A stretch of DNA of 44,681 bases from the NCBI GenBank assembly GCA_964466905.1, contig CAYXOF010000002.1, forward strand, positions 1 to 44,681, read 5' to 3'. The position numbers and the translations under genes are program-made. The notes under the pieces were generated by a model that had not been told where the DNA came from, did not search any database, and saw only the letters and a program-made list of their open reading frames with translations. The stretch's first letter is position 1. Each line of letters starts with the position of its first letter. Source of the DNA: an uncultured Candidatus Saccharibacteria bacterium (GTDB taxonomy: Bacteria > Patescibacteriota > Minisyncoccia > Phycocordibacterales > UBA918). Of this stretch, positions 26,288 to 33,485 are shown one piece after another.

Positions 26288-27187
26288 ATGAATGAATATT
26301 CTTACCTCGAGCGACACATGGGAACTGATGTTAGTTTGTCCTTTGTGTGTAAAAAAAAAGCCACAGCGAATACTCTTGCTGCAAAGACTTTTGCTACTAT
26401 CCACGACTACGAATTACGCTTCTCCCGTTTCCTACCAAACAGTGAATTATCACGCCTGAATCAAAATGGCTCAATGGTAGTCAGTAACGACTTTATTATA
26501 GTATTAAAAAGAGGTCTTGAGCTGCACACCTTAACACAGGGTGCTTTTAATCCCCTTTTGCAAGTATCTACACTTGGCTACACAGATACGTTTGGGTCTT
26601 TCAAAACGACTCTTCCTTCAACAGCTCCACCAAACTACAACATAGACGTAAACGGAATCGTAATCGACCCAGATGCTCGCATTGTCACGTTGTTACCAAA
26701 CCAACAACTTGATTTTGGCGGTTTCCTCAAAGGCTATTTAGCTACTACACTAGTGAACGATATCAGAATGACCTATCCAACGTGTACCGGAATCATCATC
26801 AATATCGGTGGCGATATAGCAACCTACGGACGTGACGAACTTCATAAACCATTCATTTTTGAACTCTATAATCCAGTCACTGGTGAGGAAATTCCAATTA
26901 CTCTCACCAATACGGCTCTAGCAACCAGTGGTACGTATGCACGCACATGGCAGACAAGCGCTGGTAAACGACACCACATCGTTGACTTTACCAGTTTAGA
27001 AAACCCAAACTCAGACCTTGTCGCGACGAGCATCATACATCGTAATGGTGCTATAGCTGAAGCATTAACAAAATTATTTCTAGTTACAGGGGTCACTGAA
27101 GCACTTGCACACGCACACGCAAATTTACACCATTATTACTATTTTGCCGTTTCCTCAGATGGAACTATTTCAACAAACCTTACATGA
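26288..27187 (+). CDS. apbE: ApbE-family FAD:protein FMN transferase, no signal peptide or lipobox visible
   Basis: The MGT start of the mature domain is present (ERHMGTDVSLSF), along with FSRF...SELSRLN, GAFNP, LDFGGFLKGY and ATSGTYAR...HHIVD, which are characteristic ApbE motifs. An ATGA overlap links it to the downstream gene. Confidence 0.85.
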   Translation: MNEYSYLERHMGTDVSLSFVCKKKATANTLAAKTFATIHDYELRFSRFLPNSELSRLNQNGSMVVSNDFIIVLKRGLELHTLTQGAFNPLLQVSTLGYTDTFGSFKTTLPSTAPPNYNIDVNGIVIDPDARIVTLLPNQQLDFGGFLKGYLATTLVNDIRMTYPTCTGIIINIGGDIATYGRDELHKPFIFELYNPVTGEEIPITLTNTALATSGTYARTWQTSAGKRHHIVDFTSLENPNSDLVATSIIHRNGAIAEALTKLFLVTGVTEALAHAHANLHHYYYFAVSSDGTISTNLT

Positions 27188-27828
27188 AGACCTATTTTAC
27201 TTTTATCAAACATTTACAAACGATCATGCTCACGCTATCGATTGTGATTTTAAGCACATTACCATCAGCCCTCATACTTGTTCCAGAGCGATTCACTGAC
27301 ACTACCTATCTCTGGCTCTACGGAGTAGCCCACCTAACCCTCTTCTTAGTCATGCTTATTCGCCCACTGGCAGATATTTTTCGTGGAGTAGTATGGATAC
27401 GACCTTTAGTGATATTACGCAAAGGGTTTGGGGTGTTTTCCGCTTCAATTGTCGTATCGTTTCTTATTGCTAAAATTATCACTAATGATTCGGGATACTT
27501 CAGTATTTACCTGACACCAGCGTATTGGTCACTAGAGAATCTGGCTCTTCTGGCGCATTTGGCTGATCTTTCAGCAATCTTGCTTCTTATCACTTCAAAC
27601 AATCTCTCTAAACTGCTCCTTGGTAGAAACTGGAAGCGCATCCAACGCCTATCATATGTCTACTTTTATGGCAGTGCACTTTATGTCTTCTTAATTTTGA
27701 ATGAAACCATACCTCTTTACTACCTCATTATTGTGACGATAGTGACCTACCTTGCCTGGTTACGCAACCATGCTGTTATCTTACAAACCAATTCACCTAA
27801 AATAACTATCAACAATGAAACAAATTAA
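27184..27828 (+). CDS. ferric-reductase-like / MsrQ(YedZ)-like transmembrane heme-binding subunit
   Basis: 214 aa with about 6 TM helices and intramembrane His residues (GVAHLTLF and LLAHLADL). RQRLSYV-type motifs (WKRIQRLSYVYF) are typical of the Ferric_reduct family. Confidence 0.65.
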   Translation: MKTYFTFIKHLQTIMLTLSIVILSTLPSALILVPERFTDTTYLWLYGVAHLTLFLVMLIRPLADIFRGVVWIRPLVILRKGFGVFSASIVVSFLIAKIITNDSGYFSIYLTPAYWSLENLALLAHLADLSAILLLITSNNLSKLLLGRNWKRIQRLSYVYFYGSALYVFLILNETIPLYYLIIVTIVTYLAWLRNHAVILQTNSPKITINNETN

Positions 27829-28516
27829 ACAAATCACTGGAACTATTACCAAGGTTGATGACTTGTCACCCACAGCCCGCGAATACACCATCACACCACA
27901 TGAGCCATTATCGTTCATAGCTGGTGCATTCATAAACCTATTCGTAGAACATAATGGGAAAACGATTCGCCGCGCCTTTTCAATATCTTCAAGTGATCAA
28001 TATCACGATACTTTTACACTCTCAATCCGTCTTAATCCCCAAGGTGAACTGACCCCACTTTTATGGGACATGGATTTGACTGATACAACAGTAAAGATTA
28101 TGGGGCCACTTGGACTGAACACAGCCGACAAAATGCAGAGTAAAAGAGTATTTCTATTTGGGTTTGGTGTTGGCGCAGGTGTAGTCAAGTCACTTACTGA
28201 CCATGTAGCAAGTAGATATGATATTGAATCACTCACTGTCATGACCGGAAATCGTAGTGTTGAAGAAATTTTGCACAAAGACTACTTCGATCAGATAGTC
28301 GAGGAAAATAAAAAAGTTACGGTTAATTATGTTGTATCCGACAAGAACCAAACTAAGTACCGAAGTGGCTATATTCAAGATCATGTAGCTGGTTACGATT
28401 TTTCTAACGCCGATATATACATGTGTGGACAAGGGATTGCTTGCACAACACTTGAAACTACAATAAGAGCTAGCGACCCAGTAAACTGTAACTTTTTTGT
28501 GGAAGATTTTCATTAG
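27815..28516 (+). CDS. FNR-family FAD/NAD(P)H-binding flavin reductase (Fre-like)
   Basis: RRAFSISS is the RxYS-type flavin-binding motif, GELTPLL is the GxxS/T motif, and VFLFGFGVGAGV is the NAD(P)H-binding glycine motif. A CG motif (YMCG) lies near the C-terminus. The gene overlaps the upstream TM gene by 14 nt. Confidence 0.75.
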   Translation: MKQIKQITGTITKVDDLSPTAREYTITPHEPLSFIAGAFINLFVEHNGKTIRRAFSISSSDQYHDTFTLSIRLNPQGELTPLLWDMDLTDTTVKIMGPLGLNTADKMQSKRVFLFGFGVGAGVVKSLTDHVASRYDIESLTVMTGNRSVEEILHKDYFDQIVEENKKVTVNYVVSDKNQTKYRSGYIQDHVAGYDFSNADIYMCGQGIACTTLETTIRASDPVNCNFFVEDFH

Positions 28517-28661
28517 AAACAGTCTCTGGTTTCTCAAGATCACTACGTTCTAGATGGGTCCCTCTGCTCAAACTTAAATTATCATTGCTTCAACGCTCTT
28601 CGTCTCTCTCCGTAGGACGGGCCTAGGAACGCAAAGACTATGGAGCGACATGAGTACACCG

Positions 28662-28690
28662 CCCCGTCACTGCGACGGGGGGCACTTTTT
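28662..28690 (+). terminator. intrinsic terminator downstream of the redox operon
   Basis: CCCCGTC-ACTGC-GACGGGG stem-loop followed by GGCACTTTTT. It lies about 145 nt after the FNR-like stop, which implies a long 3' UTR. Confidence 0.55.
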
Positions 28691-28791
28691 ACCTGTGATT
28701 TTGTAAACCACATTAGTTTAAAGCTGGTTACATTTGAAACTCCTTGACACCAGCTCTTCGTACTAGCACGAGACGCGTTCGATAAATGGCT

Positions 28792-29394
28792 CTATTTCTT
28801 CTCTTTTAGTAAATCTGGAAGCGGTGCATCAAATAGCACCTCTGGCACCTTCCCCACTGTCTGCGCTTCGTTGAGGTACGGATATTGATCGCGATACGCC
28901 ACCATCACATCGCCGAACTTTGCTAGTATCCAATTTAAACCGAGTCTCTGAGCAACATCCTTCACTTCTGACTCTGTTGTCGCTTCAATTTCAATGTAAG
29001 GATCAAGCCATGGCCATTCATCAAGCACTACTTCACAAGCACCACTTTTCCACGTCTCACGCTTGGACTCTTGCAATGACACAACTTCTAAACCGACTTG
29101 AGTGAATATTTTTACCGTATCTTCAAACGATGAAGTCACTATTTCAATCTCTTTTGCGCCATCAATTGAAAGCTCTGCGAACTGTTTGTATGTCAGAGTC
29201 ACTTTGTCTCCTTCGTCACGCACACGAATATATGAGTTAGGCATCCCAACCTGTAGCCGTCTATCTGCATAATCAATAATCGCTCGCCGCATTAAACGCA
29301 TTGGCGTAACGCACTCGAAGCCTATGCCTTTGAGTCTATTGCGAATTTCCTCATGGTTGATATGAAGAAACTTTACCTCTATTTCGGTATTCAT
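28792..29394 (-). CDS. CYTH-domain protein (CyaB / thiamine-triphosphatase-like)
   Basis: The N-terminal EIEVKF is the ExExK signature. Alternating acidic/basic beta strands are present (RVRDEGDKVTLTYK and KEIEIVT). TATACT lies 7 nt upstream of the ATG. Confidence 0.8.
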   Translation of the reverse strand: MNTEIEVKFLHINHEEIRNRLKGIGFECVTPMRLMRRAIIDYADRRLQVGMPNSYIRVRDEGDKVTLTYKQFAELSIDGAKEIEIVTSSFEDTVKIFTQVGLEVVSLQESKRETWKSGACEVVLDEWPWLDPYIEIEATTESEVKDVAQRLGLNWILAKFGDVMVAYRDQYPYLNEAQTVGKVPEVLFDAPLPDLLKEKK

Positions 29395-29405
29395 TCACAC
29401 AAGTA

Positions 29406-29440
29406 TAACAAAACCACTCTCATTGAGAGTGGTTTTGTTA
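29406..29440 (-). terminator. perfect 16-bp hairpin between tRNA-Gln and the CYTH gene (possible terminator or processing signal)
   Basis: TAACAAAACCACTCTC-ATT-GAGAGTGGTTTTGTTA has no mismatch. The stem is U-rich rather than followed by a classic U-tail. Confidence 0.4.
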
Positions 29441-29450
29441 AGCGTCTCGA

Positions 29451-29491
29451 GCTAGCACGAGTTGCATAATTACAACGCAATTAGTGCTAGC
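29451..29491. repeat. inverted repeat GCTAGCAC ... GTGCTAGC with internal GTTG/CAAC stem, just 3' of tRNA-Gln
   Basis: 8-bp arms lie at 29451-29458 and 29484-29491. Confidence 0.6.
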
Positions 29492-29497
29492 TGTCAA

Positions 29498-29571
29498 TGG
29501 CTGCCGATCAGGGACTCGAACCCCAATAGCTGGTACCAGAAACCAGAGTCCTACCATTAGACGAATCGGCA
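29498..29571 (-). tRNA. tRNA-Gln (anticodon CUG), CCA encoded
   Basis: Folded by hand from UGCCGAU-UC-GUCU-AAUGGUA-GGAC-U-CUGGU-UUCUGGU-ACCAG-CUAU-UGGGG-UUCGAGU-CCCUG-AUCGGCA-G-CCA. It has a 7-bp acceptor stem, the U1:A72 pair and G73 typical of bacterial tRNA-Gln, and a GUUCGAGU T-loop. Confidence 0.9.
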
Positions 29572-29697
29572 ATTATATTTTTACTGTACTTGCTATTCGT
29601 CTAAGGGGAGGACGATAGTCCTACTCGAGCCAGTGAGGAGTGGTGAAAAAGATTTACTTTTTCACTTGCTCCGAGCGCAGGTCGAGCAAGCGTTGCT

Positions 29698-29718
29698 TAC
29701 CATTAGACGAATCGGCAA
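29698..29718 (-). repeat. exact 21-nt duplicate of the tRNA-Gln 5' end (tRNA nt 1-20 plus one flanking nt)
   Basis: TACCATTAGACGAATCGGCAA occurs at 29552-29572 and again at 29698-29718, in direct orientation. Confidence 0.85.
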
Positions 29719-29771
29719 AATGTTTTAGGTGAGTGTGTACTAAGACGTGATACGCCAAGCCACCTCACCCG

Positions 29772-29787
29772 TGGCACTATAGTGCCA
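29772..29787 (-). promoter_or_regulatory. 16-bp perfect palindrome TGGCACTATAGTGCCA containing TATAGT on both strands; candidate tRNA-Gln promoter/operator
   Basis: The palindrome was checked base by base. On the minus strand a possible -35, TTGAAT, lies 19 nt upstream, which is a long spacer. Confidence 0.3.
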
Positions 29788-29820
29788 GAATTTTAAGAAG
29801 ATTCAAGCCACGACTATCCC

Positions 29821-30426
29821 CTACTTACGTACCTGGACCCAGCCACAGGTACCGACGTGCTTCGTGTATGTCAGCTTAATGATGGCAGTGTTCTTGATCC
29901 TAAGCACCTTCACGAAACGATACACGGCCTCCAAGAGCCCCATCGGTCGATCCTGACAAACATGTTCTAGGAAAATGTTCGTAAATACCGCATGTGAGAC
30001 TACAACCACACGTGCATCTGCCGGAAGTGCTTCGAGATAGGTACGCGCTGCCACCACTCGGGCAATGAACTCTGGATATGACTCTCCCCCGATTTCGATG
30101 GACTGTCCCCGAAACCAGCGCCAGATATAGTGCGCAGTTGCGACACTCACGTACCGTTGCCCGATGAGGTGCTGTGGCCGATGGAACTCCTCAAACACTG
30201 GATTGGTCTCAGGAATAAGATCACACACCACACCAATCGCCCGTGCGGTTTCGATCGCTCGGACATTGGTACTGGTCACAAGATGTGTGGGCGAAAGGGT
30301 GGCGAGTGCTTTGGCCACCACTGCCACCTGCGCTTTCCCCGTCTCGTTGAGTGACGTATCTGGATGCTGATGGCGACGAGCCACATTTCCATCTGTCTCC
30401 CCGTGTCGAATAAAATAGACGTCCAT
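29821..30426 (-). CDS. histidine phosphatase family protein (phosphoglycerate-mutase-like)
   Basis: The N-terminal VYFIRHGETDGN is the RHG catalytic motif, and a later SH(A/G) motif (VVSHAVF) is present. Confidence 0.85.
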   Translation of the reverse strand: MDVYFIRHGETDGNVARRHQHPDTSLNETGKAQVAVVAKALATLSPTHLVTSTNVRAIETARAIGVVCDLIPETNPVFEEFHRPQHLIGQRYVSVATAHYIWRWFRGQSIEIGGESYPEFIARVVAARTYLEALPADARVVVVSHAVFTNIFLEHVCQDRPMGLLEAVYRFVKVLRIKNTAIIKLTYTKHVGTCGWVQVRK

Positions 30427-30428
30427 AC

Positions 30429-31061
30429 CTATTCCGCGAAGTGTGCGATATCGTTAAAGGTGAGGATTTGCCACCTGGCTCGATCTGCATCATACGTCAA
30501 GGTGGTGATTCCGGTGTTTACCGCCTCGAAGCTCACGCACATATGGTACCAATGTGAAGCCTCGAGCTTTAATTGCATCGCAACGAGCGCCACCACATAC
30601 CGAATAAAGTGACCATGACTAATCACTGCCACATCCCCATCGAGAGTCAGCAGGTATTCAAGTGCTGCTTTTGCTCTCGTTACTACATCTACGAAATTTT
30701 CTTCATCTGAGTCATGTCCGTTTGGGTCAGTCATGAGTCGATCTAATTCGGCGTCGAGAAACGCTCGGTACTCAGCAGATTTGCGTGACTGGTGAAAAAA
30801 ACGACTTGGTCGACGCACCTCTCGAAATAACGGTGAGTACAGCGGTGTCAGTGACTTAAGCGCCAGGAGTGGCTCTGCCGTCTGCCTGGTCCGTACATAG
30901 TCACTAACGACGAGATGATCAAAGGCTACTGTGGCTAAGCGTTCTGCGACGACCACTGCCTGCTGTTGTCCTTGAGTACTTAATTCAGTCGTGCCATCCT
31001 GGACCAATCCAGCTTCATTATGAGTCGTTTCGCCATGTCGTACTAAATAGATTCGCTTCAT
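30429..31061 (-). CDS. histidine phosphatase family protein (paralog of the downstream gene)
   Basis: IYLVRHGETTHN and VISHGHFIR. A 2-nt gap separates it from the next gene. Confidence 0.85.
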   Translation of the reverse strand: MKRIYLVRHGETTHNEAGLVQDGTTELSTQGQQQAVVVAERLATVAFDHLVVSDYVRTRQTAEPLLALKSLTPLYSPLFREVRRPSRFFHQSRKSAEYRAFLDAELDRLMTDPNGHDSDEENFVDVVTRAKAALEYLLTLDGDVAVISHGHFIRYVVALVAMQLKLEASHWYHMCVSFEAVNTGITTLTYDADRARWQILTFNDIAHFAE

Positions 31062-31064
31062 AGC

Positions 31065-32099
31065 TTATTTCTCACCTAATTCTACAATCGCTAACTCAAG
31101 TGGTAGGTGTGGAATCGGAGAACGATTTATCTGATCTGTCGCAATCAGAAAGCGCAGGAGTAAATGTGAATTAAGTGGTGAAGCGGGCGCATCCGCGAGC
31201 TTTGCGAGCACCGCTCCCGTATCCGCACCAAAGGTACTAAGGTGTATCTCCCTGACTGCGGGCTGGAGTCGAGCGAGGATCACTGCCCGGATATGCTCTA
31301 GTAAGCGGCGCGCAAAAAGCTTCATGTCGACATGTTCAGCCACTGCGCTCGCGAGTGCTGTCAGCGCGGCATCGGTATTCTTTTCATGCAAAGCTTCAAT
31401 GAGCGAGACGAGAATCGCACTTCGTGGCGCACCAATGATGACTGCCACTTCGTCAGCCCCCCCGATTGTGTCACCCGAGGCCATGATGACCTTTTGGGTT
31501 ACCCCGAGCGCATCACGAAATGAGCCATCGGCCGCCAGCGCGATGAGGTCGGCCGCTTCGGGTGATAAGATGAATCCCTCTTGTTTTGCTACCTCTGTCA
31601 CCGCCGTCGCCAAGACAGACCGCGAGGGTGAGCGGAAACGAAACACCTGACAACGAGAGAGAATGGTATCGAGTAGCTTTTCCTCTTCAGTCGTCGCGAG
31701 AATAAAAATAACGTGTGCAGGAGGCTCTTCAAGGGTCTTTAAAAGTGCATTAAACGCTTCCTTCGTAAGCATGTGGACCTCATCAATGATATACACCTTA
31801 TAGGGTGACTCATACGGCATCGTAAAGACCGCTTCTTTGAGCTCACGAATATCATCAATTCCTCGATTGCTCGCGGCGTCCATTTCAGTAATGTCAATCT
31901 CTTTGGCACCAACGGCCCGGGCAAAAATCCGGGCCAGGGTTGTCTTTCCGGTCCCTCGCGTACCAGAAAACAAAAGTGCGTGCGGTATTTCACCTTTTTT
32001 AATGGCGCCCTCCAGCACTCGCACAATATGATCTTGGTCTCGTACTTCGGCAAACGTCTCTGGGCGGTACTTACGGTACAGGGCGGTGTGATCTGACAT
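31065..32099 (-). CDS. dnaX: DNA polymerase III gamma/tau subunit, short form (domains I-III only)
   Basis: Walker A GTRGTGKTT, Walker B IIDEVHMLT, AFNALLKTLEEPP and sensor SRCQVFRF. At 344 aa it lacks the C-terminal tau extension. Confidence 0.9.
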   Translation of the reverse strand: MSDHTALYRKYRPETFAEVRDQDHIVRVLEGAIKKGEIPHALLFSGTRGTGKTTLARIFARAVGAKEIDITEMDAASNRGIDDIRELKEAVFTMPYESPYKVYIIDEVHMLTKEAFNALLKTLEEPPAHVIFILATTEEEKLLDTILSRCQVFRFRSPSRSVLATAVTEVAKQEGFILSPEAADLIALAADGSFRDALGVTQKVIMASGDTIGGADEVAVIIGAPRSAILVSLIEALHEKNTDAALTALASAVAEHVDMKLFARRLLEHIRAVILARLQPAVREIHLSTFGADTGAVLAKLADAPASPLNSHLLLRFLIATDQINRSPIPHLPLELAIVELGEK

Positions 32100-32108
32100 A
32101 GTGGCACT

Positions 32109-32117
32109 AGTATACCA
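32109..32117 (-). promoter_or_regulatory. extended -10 (TGG-TATACT) 9 nt upstream of the dnaX ATG
   Basis: The minus strand reads CTGGTATACTAGTGCCACTATG. Confidence 0.45.
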
Positions 32118-32119
32118 GA

Positions 32120-32962
32120 TTACTGATAGGATACTTGATTGACCACAAAATCGCGTAGAACGATCACATCTTCACGGAGATTATTGCTCCCTAACAGAAT
32201 ATACCCAATCGCCCGGTTCTCACCCGTGATCTCTTCGGTAAATACGGCTGCCAGGGTTCGGCCCGCAGCTTCGGTATAGCCATGCTTCCCACCACGGTAG
32301 CCGGGTAGATTAGCCACCGGGCTATTATTTCTCCACCCTTTATCCGTGCCGAGGTACTGGGTCAGGCGGGTGATATCAAACAAGTGTGGCTGGGTTTTGT
32401 ACACCTCTGCTAGATACTGTGCGAGCGCCTCGGCTGAAGCTTGATTTTGTTCCGAAAGCCCTGAGGCATCTGTTATGGTAATACCAAATGCACTCAGTCG
32501 CTCTTGCATCTGCGATATCAGTACACTATCACGTGCACGGGTGAGCGCCGTCGCCGCATCATTTGAAGACTCAAGCAGAAGCGGGAAGAGCAGTTCCCGC
32601 GTCTTGTATATTTCACCTACCCGCAGACTGCCAGCCCGACCCTCCGTCGCAACATCAGTGGCAGTGATCCTCACTGATTGATCGAGCGCTCTCCCGCTAC
32701 CAAGAAGTACGTCCCCCGTCATCAGCTTCGTGACCGATGCGATCGGTCGTTTGGTCCGAGGATCCATCTCTACGAGCACCTCACCAGTCGCCACATCAAA
32801 AACAACGTAGCTTGGCGCACTCACGGGCGGAGCGGAAGTCGCGACCGTAAAGCTTTTTGGTGCCTCTGACAGTACAACTGGCAGGACAGGTGCTGGCGTA
32901 GTGTCAGCAAACACCGTCGCAATGAGAAATAGGCCAGCGAGGGCAGAAACACTACGTATCAT
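32120..32962 (-). CDS. D-alanyl-D-alanine carboxypeptidase (peptidase S11, PBP5-like)
   Basis: ASVTKLMT is the SxxK motif, SSND is SxN, and KHGYT occupies the KTG position. The signal/anchor is MIRSVSALAGLFLIATVFA. The start is ATG 32960-32962, with TGG-TACTAT 8 nt upstream. Confidence 0.85.
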   Translation of the reverse strand: MIRSVSALAGLFLIATVFADTTPAPVLPVVLSEAPKSFTVATSAPPVSAPSYVVFDVATGEVLVEMDPRTKRPIASVTKLMTGDVLLGSGRALDQSVRITATDVATEGRAGSLRVGEIYKTRELLFPLLLESSNDAATALTRARDSVLISQMQERLSAFGITITDASGLSEQNQASAEALAQYLAEVYKTQPHLFDITRLTQYLGTDKGWRNNSPVANLPGYRGGKHGYTEAAGRTLAAVFTEEITGENRAIGYILLGSNNLREDVIVLRDFVVNQVSYQ

Positions 32963-32977
32963 GTGATTCAATAGTAC

Positions 32978-33008
32978 CAGAACGGCGCACTCAAGGAGCG
33001 CCGTTCTG
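32978..33008 (-). terminator. 11-bp GC-rich perfect hairpin after the Lys-rich protein gene
   Basis: CAGAACGGCGC-(9 nt)-GCGCCGTTCTG. The U-tail is weak. It lies inside the rejected N-terminal extension of the carboxypeptidase ORF. Confidence 0.45.
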
Positions 33009-33028
33009 TGCATACTCGTACAATAGTC

Positions 33029-33475
33029 TTACTTAGACACGGCTTTCTTTACTGTCTTTTTAGCCACCGTCTTTGCCACTGCTGGTGTGGCTTTGGTTGA
33101 TTTTTTAACGACTTTTTTCGCGGTCTTTTTTGGTGCAGATGACTTGGCAATCGCTTTCCAGTGATCTTTCATCTCTTTTTTAAAACCAGACACATCGACT
33201 TTTGACACCTCTTTGAGTTGACCATAGGTAGCAGTGACTGCCTCGATGAGTTGTTCGTATTCCTCCTGTGACATTTCCTTAGCTTGTTCTAATTTTTCGA
33301 GTACTTCAGCCTTGGCCTTGAGGACCCAGCTTTTTACCGTCTTACGATTCTTCGCTGCTTGCTTACTGCCATAGAGAAAGTACGCACCAGCAGCTGCGAC
33401 CGCGGTCGCGGTGAGTCCAACGCCGAGACCGACTTTTTGCGCTTGGGTGAGGCCTGCCTGTTTTTTCGTTGCCAT
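33029..33475 (-). CDS. membrane-anchored YtxH-like protein with lysine-rich (histone-H1-like) C-terminal tail
   Basis: The start is ATG 33473-33475 (MATKKQAGL...). It has one TM helix (GLGVGLTATAVAAAGAYFLYG), a helical middle section and a tail reading KKTAKKVVKKSTKATPAVAKTVAKKTVKKAVSK. Confidence 0.55.
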   Translation of the reverse strand: MATKKQAGLTQAQKVGLGVGLTATAVAAAGAYFLYGSKQAAKNRKTVKSWVLKAKAEVLEKLEQAKEMSQEEYEQLIEAVTATYGQLKEVSKVDVSGFKKEMKDHWKAIAKSSAPKKTAKKVVKKSTKATPAVAKTVAKKTVKKAVSK

Positions 33476-33485
33476 AGTATATATA

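Noticed and set aside
27184-28516. The MsrQ-like and Fre-like ORFs as a single frameshifted NOX-type gene (pseudogene).
   Set aside because: The second ORF has its own ATG and a complete N-terminal beta-barrel start, and a 14-nt overlap is typical of coupling. A sequencing frameshift cannot be excluded without reads or homolog alignment, so this is noted under the finding instead.
28640-28747. A 35-codon plus-strand ORF (MERHEYTAPSLRRGALF...) in the 3' region of the redox operon.
   Set aside because: It runs straight through the terminator hairpin and T-tract, and it has neither an SD site nor a promoter.
29572-29718. The tRNA-Gln duplication interpreted as an intron-containing or split tRNA gene.
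   Set aside because: The downstream copy is already a complete, well-folding 74-nt tRNA with CCA. An insertion in the D-loop would not match known bacterial group I tRNA introns, which sit in the anticodon loop and are longer than 200 nt.
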